Source: the human T2T-CHM13v2.0 reference genome, Homo sapiens. Taken from it: a DNA stretch of 64,000 nt. Numbering within the stretch: the first letter of the stretch is position 1; the number at the start of each line of letters is the position of its first letter. Location of the stretch: assembly GCF_009914755.1 (NCBI RefSeq), contig NC_060947.1. The stretch is one strand, 5' to 3'. Positions 37,545-50,403 of the stretch are shown here, one piece after another. A model generated the notes under the pieces. That model saw nothing but the letters and a program-made list of their open reading frames with translations, did no database searches and was not told the DNA's origin. The position numbers and the translations under genes are program-made.

Positions 37545-38320
37545 TTCAGGTAAGAGTCATCAATGGATCATAAAAGCAGTGGGTGAAAGTTTGAGGAGTA
37601 ATGAAATATTTACATAATTTCTAAGTATTTCCCTACAAAATATTTATTAATTGCAAGGGGAAGAAGTAGCAAATTGGCAGTGGAGAAACCTGGCAGACAC
37701 CACCTTAAGCAAGTGACCAAAGTGAGCATCATCAGGAATGAGACATGGAGACCTCCTGTGCCTCCTGATGAAATGCACTGAGGGGAACACAAGATCACTT
37801 TTGTGGCATTTCTGCCAATAGTACATAATCTGGATTTAACTATGAGGAAACATCAGACAATAAACCCAAATTGAGGCACATTCTACAAAATAAGTGCCCC
37901 TTTTCTTAAAAAAATGTCAAGATAGTGAAAAATAGAACTGGAGAAGTGCTCCAGGGTAAAGGAGGCTACAGAAACATGAAAACTAAATGCAAGGCATGAA
38001 TTTAGATTGGATCTTGGACCCTTTCTTTCTTTCTTTTTTTCTATAAAGTATATTATTGAGACAGTTGGTGAAATCTAAATAAAGTTTGTAGGTTAGATAA
38101 CAGTAGAATATCAACATCAATTTCCTGATTTTGATAATCATATTGTGGTTATGTAGGAGAATGTTCTTTTTTTAGGCGATACACAATGTTGGGTTTACAG
38201 GTAGGGGGCTATCATGACTGCCAATTAACACTACGTGAAAGATATATAGGCTATTTTAATGTTCTTACAGCTTTTCTGGAAGTCTGAATTTTTTTTCAAA
38301 ATAAAAATGTTTCAAAAAAA
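37545..38320 (+). mobile_element. Old L1 (L1MC/L1ME-type) 3' end, sense
   Basis: cagtggagaaacctggcagacaccacctt; gaggaaacatcagacaa..acccaaattgagg; aatttcctgattttgataat; A-rich end. Confidence 0.78.
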
Positions 38321-41300
38321 CAAATGAGAAATGTTCCCCCGCCACCTCATCCTCATTCTATGCATTGACCTTTGTCATTTCCTGGACCAGTAATTGGGTC
38401 CCTTCTAAGTCACCTGAAACCATCTTGTTTGCTTGCCCTAACTCTAGTACTGGCTCAGATGAGCCTGCCTCTGTACCTCTGTATCCCATTTCTCCTGTTG
38501 ATTTCTTTCTTCTCCTGACATCAGAAAACCATTTGAAGGACAGTATACACATTATCCTTTCCTTGACTCTTTTTAGCAGCTCTCCAATGACCATTTGCCT
38601 TTAGCTGACCCAAGAAAGTGATGCGCTGCTAACCATAGGTAGTGTCCTGTAATTGCAGATTTCAACTGTTTTCATATGCTTAGAGTAGCCTAAGGCAAGT
38701 AACAATCTGTGCTAGGAGAAGAGCAAAGACTACTGTAATTCACTTTACTTTTTAAATTTACCTCTGGAAAAGAAAGAACAAGAGAGCCAATAAAACTTGA
38801 GGGATTTGTTAATTTGTTAATTTGGTATTTGATTTGCCCTTACAGCTGTACCTCACCTTTTAGATATTTTTCTACTTTGGGAAAACTTTAGCACACTAGT
38901 CAATTATATATTATTTTAACTTCTCGAGGTGAGCTTCTCATTTAAAGGGAAACTGAGATCAATTCTTTTGTAAAATCAGTCATCACTTCCTACTCTTGTT
39001 AAAGGAATTTTTTTCTGTGTTGATATGTCTTCAGTTGTGAAGTGCACATATATGTTATAGAAATTCTCATGGCGTTCCTGGTGTTCAGCCTTAGACCTTT
39101 GACAAACTCCTGGTAACATGGTCTCTTGAAAGGCAGAGTGGAAATTGGGGCTAGGCATGATGTTATGGCAATCATCTGGCTCAGGAAAGCTTCTGGAACT
39201 AGGGAGAGAAGTGCCTTCCCATTTACATTTTGGATTCACTCCAGTTCACATTTTGGATTCATTTCAGTTCATTAATTTTTTTCATAAGCACTATAATACT
39301 TTAAAATAATAAATATTTCTAAAAGAAACAATCCGTTCTCAACTCACTTAAACCAATGTATTCAAAAAGCCATATGAATGTTATTTTCATTCAGAAAATT
39401 ACACATCTGGGTATGGAATTTGCTTCAACTTCACCATGTTGAGTATAAGTGGTCCCTATTTTTTTTTAATAAAGGGCTTTTCTGTAGTTATCTGAGAACA
39501 TTCATACAAATTTCTTTCAGGTCATTAAAGTAAAAATTTTGATTTAATGCGGATAAGTTATTTTAAAGATTTTCCTTAAGAAACATCTTCTGTTTTCCTA
39601 CTGTGCTCATAAAGTTGATAATCATAACTTAAGTTATATTGATACAAATTTTGTCCCAGATTCCAGATCTGAAATATCATCAATCATAAAGATTTATAAA
39701 CAAGCCAGTAAAAATAAGCCCATCTGTTTTCTACTCCAAGGGTGCTAATGGAGGTGCACACCAGTGTGATGTCCAGGACATTTTGTCTGCCTCCTTAGTT
39801 AATGAGAAAATCTGTGGTAGCCCAGTGCTGGCTTTGGTAGGTTGAGGGAGTGGACTGCCATGCATGACCCCATGACCCTTCCCATTCCATTGAAGTTTTT
39901 CTTCACCCATGATGACATGAGGCAGTGTGTTATCATTAAAGGAACACTGAGAGCATCTATCAGGCACCTTTTTTGTTCCTATGCAATGGGGCCTTTATGT
40001 ACAAAAACAAAGTATAGGTCAACACAGCTACAGCAACTGGCTAATCAGTAAATGAGTAGATTGTGCTTGTGTTGACATTTCTGTTGTCAACCTAGTCATT
40101 TGTTTGTTTAAATGATGGTTGTTAACATATCAAAACTAAGCTTGAGAAAGTGATAAATTGGATGCGTGTTTGTCCAATGGTTTCTGATGCAACATGATAT
40201 TTTAGCAAAAACCTTCTGATGTGCGCAGATTCTCCGATGAGGTTCAAGGAGTAAATAAATTATTCTGAGGGTAGGAGTACTCCCACCACATGGCAACCTG
40301 CTTTGAGGCTTCTAGCACCCTCATCACCAGCTTTCCAAACCAAAGAATGAGGCTTCTGGAAAACCCACCCATATTTTACTAAGTATCACCAGATGGTTGT
40401 AACGATTATTAAAACAAAATTGGAAATGGTTTTCCTCTGTTGTTGGGAATGAAGTGACATAAGTGGCTCTCTTGGAATGGCTAAAATGATAAGCAGCAAG
40501 TGGGTAGTCAGGAGTTTCTGGAGGTGCCCTGTTGCCCATTTGAATCTTAGCTTAACCATGTAATCCTGCGACTTTGGGCAAGTCCCTTCCCCTCTTGGTG
40601 CCCTGGTTTCCTTATCTGTAAAAAAGGGTGGTTGTGCTTATCAGACAGGTTAATATGTGAAGGGGCTGAGAAGAGTGCCTGGCATGTGGCAATACCTGTG
40701 CCTACTTCATGGGGAAGTCAGGAGCATTAGATGACTTCATGTGTGTCAATTATCCAGGATGGTGTCTGACTCATATTGAGCACCCAAGAAATGTTATATC
40801 GCTACTGTTATCATTATTGTCATTCTCAGGTCATCTGTGGGCAGATTTGCCAGCCTTTTCCATTGAAGAGCAGATACTCAATATATGGTAGCTATTGTTA
40901 ATATTATATAATATTATGCCTGGCACATAAGTGCTAAAAAATGTCAGTGTCACTACTATTTAAAATTGTTATCACATCATGAAAATGTCCAGGAATCTTC
41001 CATTTGGTTGAATTAAAACATTTTCCAAGTTAGGTGACTTGGCAAGTGTTGCCTTGGGGTGATTTTTGCAGACTGTTCATAACTCCAGTCTTTCATTCCC
41101 ATCCCATGCCTTCCTCTTTTGATATGAATTAATTCTATGCGTTGAGATTTCCTAAGTCTGGTGGCAATTCTTGTAAATTTGCTCCTTTTTTTTTTTCTTG
41201 CTTGCAATGTCTTATATAGTTAAGCTGCAATTCCCCACATCACCAGCAGGTGCTGAGGACTAACACAAAATATGTTTCATTCTCGAATTTTTTAAGATTG

Positions 41301-42480
41301 GGAAGCTTGGAATTTAGGGAAAAAATAGTGTTATACTTAGGAAATGAGAATATTGGAAATTATATAAAATAAGTTGGACTACAACAAGTATATCCTATAG
41401 GTATGGTACCCTGACTATTCTTGAGAGAGAATTGAAAGCTTAAGACCATCCTGTTTTTGTCTGTTTAATCATTTACATTTAGCACATGTTTGGGTGGCTC
41501 TGCCAGGTGTTCAGCTGAGTGCTGTGGGACCAATGATGAGGAAAAAATGGAAAACAGACATTAACTTTGCCCTGGCTTTTTCTCTTTTTTAGGCATACAG
41601 ACAGGAAAAATGGCCAGTGAATTGTTCATTAAGAAAAATATAACTTCTGTTTATTAAAATGGACTTTATTAAAATATATCAGAAAAATGAAAGCAAAAAA
41701 TATATGGTAAAAGTATGAACATAACATTCAAATGCATCTTGGGATGATGAGGTAGAGGCAAACACAAGTCTTCCCCATCCCCCATCTGACACAGTCTTCA
41801 CAAAGCACTGTATTTGCCAGGAGGACTGAATATTCGCCTTCACAAAAGAAGGCAATGAAATTTAGTACTGATCCAAATAAAATGAAATCCCATGTTCCAG
41901 AATTCTGAATATTTATTTTAGGTACAAGGTAAAGGGCAGGTTGGAAAAATGTGGCTTGTTTATCATCATTTCATAGAAGATACAGTAGGAAAACATTCAG
42001 CATTATGGAACACGAGATTTCATCTTCAGGAAAGTTGCCCCGAGTTCTACTGAGGCAAGAGGAATTCAAATATGCATTCATTTGTGCATGACTATTTATT
42101 ATAGGTAATGCATGAAGTAGAAGGAGGAGCATGGGACCTCTCTGAGCCTCAGTGTCTTCATCTGTGTAATGGGGTTGTTGTGAGGCCCTAGGGCATAGTG
42201 TAGGTGAAAACGTTTGTAGACTATTAAGCAGCATACAAATGTGGAAGATGGTTAAGGGGTTAACGTTTTCCCAAATATTGAATTTATGTTTGTAAATGTA
42301 TACAGCATCTATCTGTCTATATGTTAAGTTGGAAGTATTTGTATTTTTATTACCAGGAATCAGATATTTGACTATTTTAACAGCTACACAAGTCAGCTGG
42401 ATTTCCTCAGCTTTTATTTTTATGTATTTGTTTATTTTAGAATATTTGTATATACATATGAGAAGAATAAGTATTGATAG

Positions 42481-42645
42481 AAGATTAATTATCTTTTTTT
42501 TAAAAAAAAGCAAAATATTGAACTAGCTCCTTCCTGTCTTATTTGTTCAAGTGTTGTTAACATTCTTTAATGGGGGTTTTTAATCAGTTCATCATCATCA
42601 CCAAAAGTACATCACTGAAATCTAGATTTAGTAAGCCCTACTAAG
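42481..42645 (+). repeat. Dispersed ~165-bp direct repeat, copy A
   Basis: Near-identical to 50240-50403. Confidence 0.92.
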
Positions 42646-43891
42646 ACAGAACATACAAATTGATATTTGTATGTTTTCTTGATTCCCATTTTGTGCAAGG
42701 CTAACTTAAGATGCCAGTGACTCACAAAACATATTGTTTAAACATGTTCAGATTGCTAACAGACCGTACTGTTATGCCTTTTAGATTCCAATAAACCATA
42801 TGAAAATGCTAATTATTGAGTCTACATTAATTTGTATAAATTATGCAAATTGAGTAGCAATTAAGTATTACTGTAGTTGAGGTGGATTCCATGCCATTTT
42901 TTAACTTAATGTTGGACTGACACAGACTCCATTCACTAAAACAAATTGTTTTATTGTTGAGTGTTTACAAAGCAATTGCTGATGGTAATTGGTTGTAGAT
43001 GACACTATTGTGCATTTCAGTAAGATTTATTTAACCATATGCACCACAACCAAAACACACAAACACAGGAAGAATGGTCAAGGAATGACTTTATGACAGT
43101 TCATTCAGAAAAAACAGTTTCTGTCCATGAAAATAGGCATTCTTTAAGAAAGTTATTTTAGAAACAGACAAATAAGATAAAGGAAATCACTTGGAGAGAT
43201 GTAGTTAAAGAACAATTGAAAGAAGTAGCATTTAGCAAGAAGTCAAGGCATCACATTCAGTGTTTTAAGCAGGATATTGGGAAGTAATTATAATTTGAGC
43301 TGCTTCCACAGTATATGGATGAGAAATTCAGCCCTGATTTGTTCAAACTAATTGTGTATACTTTTGCCATGGTGCACAATGATTCTATCCAAATTACTTA
43401 GACATAAACAAATATTGTAACCAAATTGTGAGCCTGGATGTGTGTGTATGTGTGTGTGTGTGTGTATGTATTTAACAGTCGGTCAAACAGTGTCTTCATA
43501 CTTTATCAAACATTAATTAGCTAAGTTATGAAGTGTTGGCATCTTGGGAGCAGCTTAGCCAATTTTTAGTGATGTTTCATAGAAGGCTAATTCTGGAAGA
43601 GATCATCTCAATCCATTATGTGGAAACCAGGAATTTGCAGTCACGCTCTATCACCACTGAACAGAACTCAAGGTCAATTATCTTCTGTCTCTGGGATTCA
43701 GAGTGGCTTTTGCAAATGTAAAGGTTATGCACATTGATGCAATAATTATGAAAGGAAAACAAATCTTTCCTTTCACCAAAAAGTGTTGTGTTAAAGCGTG
43801 CATAAATTATGATTCACAAATATAGTAATGGCTTTAAGGTTGAAATATGGTATCCAGGTGATTAGTAGATTGTGTTAACCTTTGATTATTA

Positions 43892-44183
43892 TTTTTTTTT
43901 TTGAGACGGAGTCTTGCTCTGTTGCCCAGGCTGGAGTGCAGTGGTGCGACCTTGGCTTAATGCAAGCTGTGACTCCCGGGTTCACGACATTCTCCTGCCT
44001 CAGCCTCCCGAGTAGCTGGGACTACAGGCGCCCGCCACCAAGCCCGGCTAATTTTTTGTATTTTTAGTAGAGATGGGGTTGCACCGTGTTAGCCAGGATG
44101 GTCTTGATCTCCTGACCTCGTGATCCGCCTGCATCGGCCTCCCAAAGTGCTGGGATTACAGGCATGAGCCACTGCACCTGGCC
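43892..44183 (-). mobile_element. AluY-like, full length, antisense
   Basis: T-tract then gagacggagtcttgctct...gttagccaggatggtcttgatctcctgacctcgtgatcc...gagccactgcacctggcc. Confidence 0.94.
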
Positions 44184-45554
44184 CGATAATTTGTTTTATG
44201 TTAGTTTCTCTAATCGGCGGTGGATTTGGAGAATCTAGATTGATGACAAGTGATCTTCCTGAAAATTGAACCAAAATAAAGAGAATATGTTATGAAATTT
44301 CTGCCAGGGTCATATTTATGCCATTATTCTAATAAGAACTTTAATAAGGCAAATCTAGAAATTGGTTTTACTGGCTTCATAAATTTGTCTTTCATAGTCT
44401 CCAACTCAATTTTCATTTGCTTTGACTTAAAATATATCAGCATTCTGAAAATTTTGAAGAGTGAATCATTAAATTCAATATTTATTACTTAATATCTTAA
44501 TAATAAATGTTAAATCTCTTAATGGACTGTATTTCAAATACAGCTCACTAAGTCCTCTCCTTTTCTTTTAAAAACCATACTTCAATGTAATTCCCATTGC
44601 CACTTTTGCCAGACATCCTATTTCCCTGGCAAATCTATTGAGGAAAAATGAAGTTTTAAAGCAAGGTCTGTGCTTGGAAAATCTAATTCACTCTAACTCA
44701 CTAGGTCACTTAGAACCAAATGATTCAAATAGAATTCTACCTATAGCAAAACAATGGAAGCTGTACATAGGGATGTGAGTGAAAGCCTTACTGCTTTTCT
44801 CAGATAGGGTGATTGGATGCAACAGTGGCCCAGCACTTAGCCACAAGTCTGAAGACCCCTGCCTAGGACCAGCTTCATGGCTCTCGGCAAGCTGTCAAAC
44901 TCTGTGCCTGAGTGTCCTCATCTGTGACTACCATGAAGATCAAATGATACACATAGGTGAAAGTTCTTTGGAATATGAAAAGGATGTAAAAATGACAAGA
45001 ATTCAGACTTAGTTAATAGAGCAAGGCATTTAAAAGTTGGCATCACATGTTTATTTTGGCTCAAACTGTGGCACTGCATAGTCTGCATTTGAATTCCAGA
45101 ACTATCCATGTTGAGCTATGCAACCATGGACATGTCACATAGTTTTGTAGGCCCCAATTCCCACAGCTGTGAAATCGTGAAAATAACACTATCCACCTCA
45201 TAAGGTTGTTGTAAAGGTTGAATAAAGTAATGTCTGGCACAAAAAAAGACTCTTAATAAAGGTTAGATGTTACTACTGGGATACATTGTATTAATGATGA
45301 CAGAAAGAAAAACCACTATTCTTATTTTGCAAGTAATAGAAGATGTCTGACTAAGCTTTATTTCTTTTTGTATTCATTATCTTCCTTCCAGAAGTTTTGA
45401 TCCTCAAAACTTTATTGAATTGTCCTGAGTATCCCACATTTGTCCATGTAGTTTTGTTTCATTTCTAAATCACATATCCAATCTTGTTACCTGCTTGCTC
45501 AATAGAATAGGATGGCTCCTCAAATGACACCCTGAGCTGTCGTATAAGGAAATG

Positions 45555-45790
45555 ATAAAAGGTGTGGCTTTGTGGTCAGAGAGACATGGATTTGAATGCT
45601 AACTCTTCTCCTTACTCATCATGTGGCCTGGGTAAAGTTACTTAAATTCTCCATGCCTCAATTTCATCATTTGGAAAATGGAGGAAATCATAGCACCTAA
45701 GTCATAGGGTACTTGACTGTGAGGTAATTTACACAAGGACTTGGCGAATAATAGTCACTCAATATGAGAGCTGCTACCACCATCATTGTG
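45555..45790 (+). mobile_element. MIR
   Basis: tgtggcctgggtaaagttacttaaattctccatgcctcaatttcatcatttggaaaatgg. Confidence 0.75.
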
Positions 45791-45904
45791 GTTATTATGA
45801 TGTGATTATTATGATTATTAAAAATTAAATCCAAACTCTTGAGGCTGACATTTAGAAGCCCTCTATAATGCGATCTACCTTTATTCTTTTCATTCCTTAC
45901 AAAA

Positions 45905-46037
45905 CAGTTTTTTTTGGTATTAGTATGGCCCAAATATTGCATGAGGCATACTTATATTAGCTAATCATTCACTATGTGTCTGAAATTCAAATTTAACTGG
46001 GCGTCCTGTGTTTTCATTGACTAAATCTGTCCACCCT
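45905..46037. mobile_element. MER53-like hAT fragment
   Basis: tctgaaattcaaatttaactgggcgtcctgtgtttt...ctgtccaccct. Confidence 0.65.
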
Positions 46038-46564
46038 ACTCACACATCTATACCTCCCACCAGTACCTCCACCTTACTTCCTGCCAGGGGACAGAAAGAC
46101 TTCCAGAAAGGCAGAGTTTCCTAAATTTACCCATTTCTGAAGTCTCTACTCAAGGCGGCATTCAGGCCCTGTGCCGGGCATTGTAACAAGAAATATTTTT
46201 TATTATTTTTCTTTATTTATTTTTATTAACATTTGTTAATTCTTACTTCCCAAATATGTAGTGTATAGAAGATTGGTGGGCCTACTCACTTTCCCCATGG
46301 CTATAGCCTTAGTTACCCCAATCACTATCCTGCTCTGCAGCCCCCTAACTGTCATGGTGGTTCTCTGCCCTGGCTTCATCGTAGCTAGTGGCAACAGATT
46401 TTATGATGGTGTGACTCAGCATTGGCATGTTGTACAAAGCTCCTCTAGGCAATGCCGATGTGCAGCCAGGGTGCTGAATAATTGCTAGGCTTCTGCTTCA
46501 GGCTGTTCCTTCTGCCTAGAGTGCCCCCCTCATTCCCATTCCCACATTTTTTCTTTAAGAATTC

Positions 46565-46816
46565 GCACTTTGGGAGACCAAGGCAGGCGGATCACCAGGT
46601 CAAGAGATTGAGACCATCTGGCCAACATGGTGAAACCCCGTATCTACTAAAAATACAAAAATTAGCCGGGCATGGTGGTGCGCCCCTGCTACTCGGGAGG
46701 CTGAGGCAAGAGAATCGCTTGAACCCAGGAGGTGGAGGTTGCAGTGGGCCAAAGATTGTACCACTACACTCCAGCCTGGTGACAAGAGCAAGACTCTGTC
46801 TCAAAAAAAAAAAAAA
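46565..46816 (+). mobile_element. 5'-truncated Alu (AluSc-like)
   Basis: Begins at gcactttgggag, lacking ~30 nt including the A box; small internal deletion; TSD AAGAATTCG at 46557-46565 and 46815-46823. Confidence 0.92.
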
Positions 46817-48837
46817 GAATTCGACCATCCATTTAGACCCTAAACCATATCACTTTATTCATCTTCCCCAGACTCAACACTATCTGCCTTCCATCAGCAG
46901 GCAATCTTGTGCCTGGTTGTGGGTCCTGCAAGATTGGGAAGCCTGGAGGGCTGGGGGTGCCTGGTTGGATTCAGTGTCCCTTGCCCCAGTTCCCAGCACA
47001 GTCCCCTCAGCATTGCTGACAAGCCATTGATAGCTGCCCAATTGAAATGACTGCGATATAGAGGCCCAAACTTTCTATGAAGCTAATAGAGACAGAAACT
47101 CATTATAACTTTTCTAAGTACTTGTTTATGAAGAAACCTATGCAGATATCTAGTAATCATTTTATCCCAAATTGAGATAACTGTCAACTACCTGTGTTGA
47201 AACTTTAATAAAGAGAATAATAAATATCTTCATAGAAAACATTAACTATTATCAAGCTTTGATTTTTAGTTTTACGTTGCTATCCTAAGTCCGGTAAGGT
47301 TATTTCAAAACCCATAGAGGAGACATTGAAGTGGCTTAATTATTTAATTAGCAGTAGTGAACTTTGGGAATTTTGGTCTCTGTATGTGACTCCTAGACAC
47401 CCATTGTGATATCTGCATTTTTGCTTAAAATAGATTAATAAGCCAATAGGTTTTTTTTTAGAAAATCTTTTCCCATTTCAGTGAACAGTGAAATCTGAAT
47501 CTATAGCTTGCAACTGAAACTATTTTTCCCCAAAGCCATTGAGGGCTTTTACTCAGTCTGTTGTAAACAATTTATTGGTAAAGTCTTAGAATATTTGCAT
47601 TTTAATTAAAGAAAATTTTAATTAAATTCTAAACTTTGCTCAGAAAAGGCAAGTTTGGGCAGCTAATGCATGGTAAGATGCCTATTCAGAGATGACTTAA
47701 ACTTCAGGAATTCTGTGTTTGGTGCCATTTAAATAGCAAAGGAATGTGTGTCTTTCTTGCTTAAAAATATTTCCCAGCTGCCTTTGGGGACCCTCCCCAG
47801 GAGCATACAAGAGGTTTGGAAAAGCTACAGACTGGTTAGATGTTGAGATGTTTTAGACAGACAGAGATGGATACAACAAATCTGATTGTCGTAGAGGTGG
47901 GGAAAGGGTTGGTGAAAGATGTTGCTTAGGAGAGAGGTACATATTAATAGGTACAAACATTTACTAAACACCTTCTATGTGCTGGGCACCAAGTTACCCT
48001 GAATTCAAAGATGAGTTTTGCCAAGATGATTTACGTGGTCCAGGTATAAGTTGATGAGAGAGCCTGCTCTGTGATGGGAGCTGTGGGAATGGAAAGGAAA
48101 GGAGGAGAAATTTGTTTCTAAATTTTGATTTTTTAAGTTTTTTTTTTTCTTTCTAGCTAATGCTTATATAATTGGAGCCTCTCGGATCCTGCCGTTATGC
48201 TCTAGGGCATATAGTTTGCAGTGTATGTTTTTGTTTATTTCCAGGACCTTTTACCGAGATCCATTCACTGTCAATCCCCTGGCTGCATGTGTTACTTTTC
48301 CTCCCTGCTGCTTAGCTCAGGGCTTCCCATAGAGCTGCTTCGTTTTGGGAGGTCAGGATAATGATGCTGCCCCTTTGTTCTGTCCTCCTGAAATGAAGCG
48401 CTGATAGCAGAAGGTAAAAGGCAGTGGGTTAGGGAGAAGCAGAAATGGCCCCATCAGTCGCATCAAGATTAAACGATTCTCCCATCTAATGGTAGGAAAT
48501 GAGGCGTTTTCTGCGAGCCAAACCCTGATAGCTGTGTCCTTGTGGTGCCGCACAGGACGTGCGGGGGTGTAGGTACTTTGTAATGAAGCAAGTTAAGAAA
48601 TAGACTCAGACGTGGGCCATCCTTCCCCTCCCCTCAAGGGCAGACTTCAGTGTCATTAGACCAACCTTCTACGTAGTATCAAAACCTCTTATTCAGAAAC
48701 ACTGACGGGTATTTGACTGAATTCAAGAAAATGTACTGTTTCTAATCTTGTAACTGTTTATTAAGGAATAAAATCAAGCAAAATTATGAGGACATGTATT
48801 GGATGTTTCCCTGTGTGTAAGGCATTGTGCCTAATAC

Positions 48838-49120
48838 AGTTGTTCTCAGGTATAGGTGAGCATTAGAGTCACTGGACTGGTAGAAGCGTGCAGATTGCTG
48901 GGCCTCACCCTAGAGTCTCTGCTTCAGTGTGTCTGGCGTGGGACTTGAGAAGCTCCCTTTCTGACAAGCTTCTAGGTGAAGGCCATGCTGCCGGTCCCTG
49001 GACCGCACTTGAAGTATGAGGCTGAAGGGCAACTTACGAGGTCCATGCTTTCAAAACTTTAATGTACACAGAAATCGTTCAGGAATTTTGTAGAAATACA
49101 GATTATGCCTCAGAATATCT
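48838..49120. mobile_element. MER5A/B element plus adjacent MER5 fragment
   Basis: cagttgttctca...cagattgctgggcctcaccctagagtctctgcttcagtgtgtctgg...ggtccctggaccgcactt. Confidence 0.75.
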
Positions 49121-49234
49121 GGCGAAGCACTGACTAAATTTACCTGAAAGTTTAAGCAAAGCCTATTGATTTATTTGCCTGAAAATTTTGATTTATCAAA
49201 AACAGTATTTAAAAAGAAAATAAGCCTTTGATCA

Positions 49235-49470
49235 CAAATAGCTACTGTTTCTTAAATCCTTACTATGTGCAAGGTCTTGTGCCAAGTGCTTTGCATGTCT
49301 TGTCTTATTTAGTCATTACACTAACCTTATTAAAGTGAAGACAATCCCCGTTTTACAGATGAGAAAACTGAGGGCTCAGAGAGATTACTCAAGTCAGACA
49401 GCTAAGTAAATGACAGATTCCAGATCTGAACCTAGGTGTGGCTGATTTTGAAGCCCCGTGACTTTTATAC
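49235..49470 (-). mobile_element. MIR
   Basis: tactatgtgcaagg..gtgccaagtgctt...ccccgttttacagatgagaaaactgagg. Confidence 0.8.
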
Positions 49471-50239
49471 TACACTGTTTCTCTTAATAGCTACCCAAGA
49501 TAGTTTCCACTCTGAAGACATTAATTTGATATTTAAACTGTCTACCCTACTGTCAGTTATGTTCCTTGCTGATCCTTCTTTGACTTGTCCTCTGCTGAGC
49601 AGAGTATTTATGGCTAGACCCAGATAAGCAGACAGGCTCTGCTAACCAGAAATTAAAAAAAAATTTTTTTCATTAAGCATGTGATGGGTTATAGAGTTGT
49701 AATTTTTCTTACATTTTGGGCAAGCTTTAAATGTAGTATGCCCTATGAGAGTTACAGGAAGACAAAGTAATCTAATTCATTAAGCACTTATTATGTACCT
49801 TGTGCTTTAATATCTTTTTTATCTTGTAACTCTCTTAACCATCCTGAAGGTAGGAATTACCCTCCCCATTTTATGGATGATATTAGAGAAGTTTACTAAC
49901 TTGTTTAGCATCATACAGCTAAACAGAGACTTGAATTGTGATTGGAAGCTGGCTACGTTAGATTTCTCAGCCATGCTATTTTCGTTAGATCATAGTGCCT
50001 CTCGGTTTCCTCATCTGTAAAATGAGGAGACTGATACTCATTATACAGGCAAATAATAATGTCTGACATTGATTAGGTGTTCAGCACATGGTAGCTATTT
50101 ATTATTTTTATGAGAATCAACAAGAACTGGAAGCAACATAGATCCACAACATTGTACACCCTCATTTCTCTTTCTCTTGCTATTCTCTCCTCTTTCTGTT
50201 GTCCTCTCCCCTCTTCCCTTTCCCCACCCAACATTCTCT

Positions 50240-50403
50240 AAGATTGAACTATCTTTTTTTTTTAAAAAAATAAAACATTGAACTAGCTCCTTCCTGTCTT
50301 ATTTGTTCAAGTGTTAACATTCTTTAATGGGGGTTTTTAGTCAGTTCCATCATCATCACCAAAAGCACACCATTGAAATCTAGATTTAGTAAGCCCTACT
50401 AAG
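50240..50403 (+). repeat. Dispersed ~165-bp direct repeat, copy B
   Basis: Near-identical to 42481-42645. Confidence 0.92.

Noticed and set aside
41971-42526. 180-aa minus-strand ORF and overlapping 76-aa ORF
   Set aside because: AT-rich low-complexity sequence plus a MIR; non-ATG start for the long ORF and no protein-like features.
42560-42610. C-box-like GTGATGA and CTGA on the minus strand of the duplicated unit (snoRNA?)
   Set aside because: Boxes are only a few nt apart, antisense to the host gene, with no terminal stem; derives from a (CAT)n mini-repeat.
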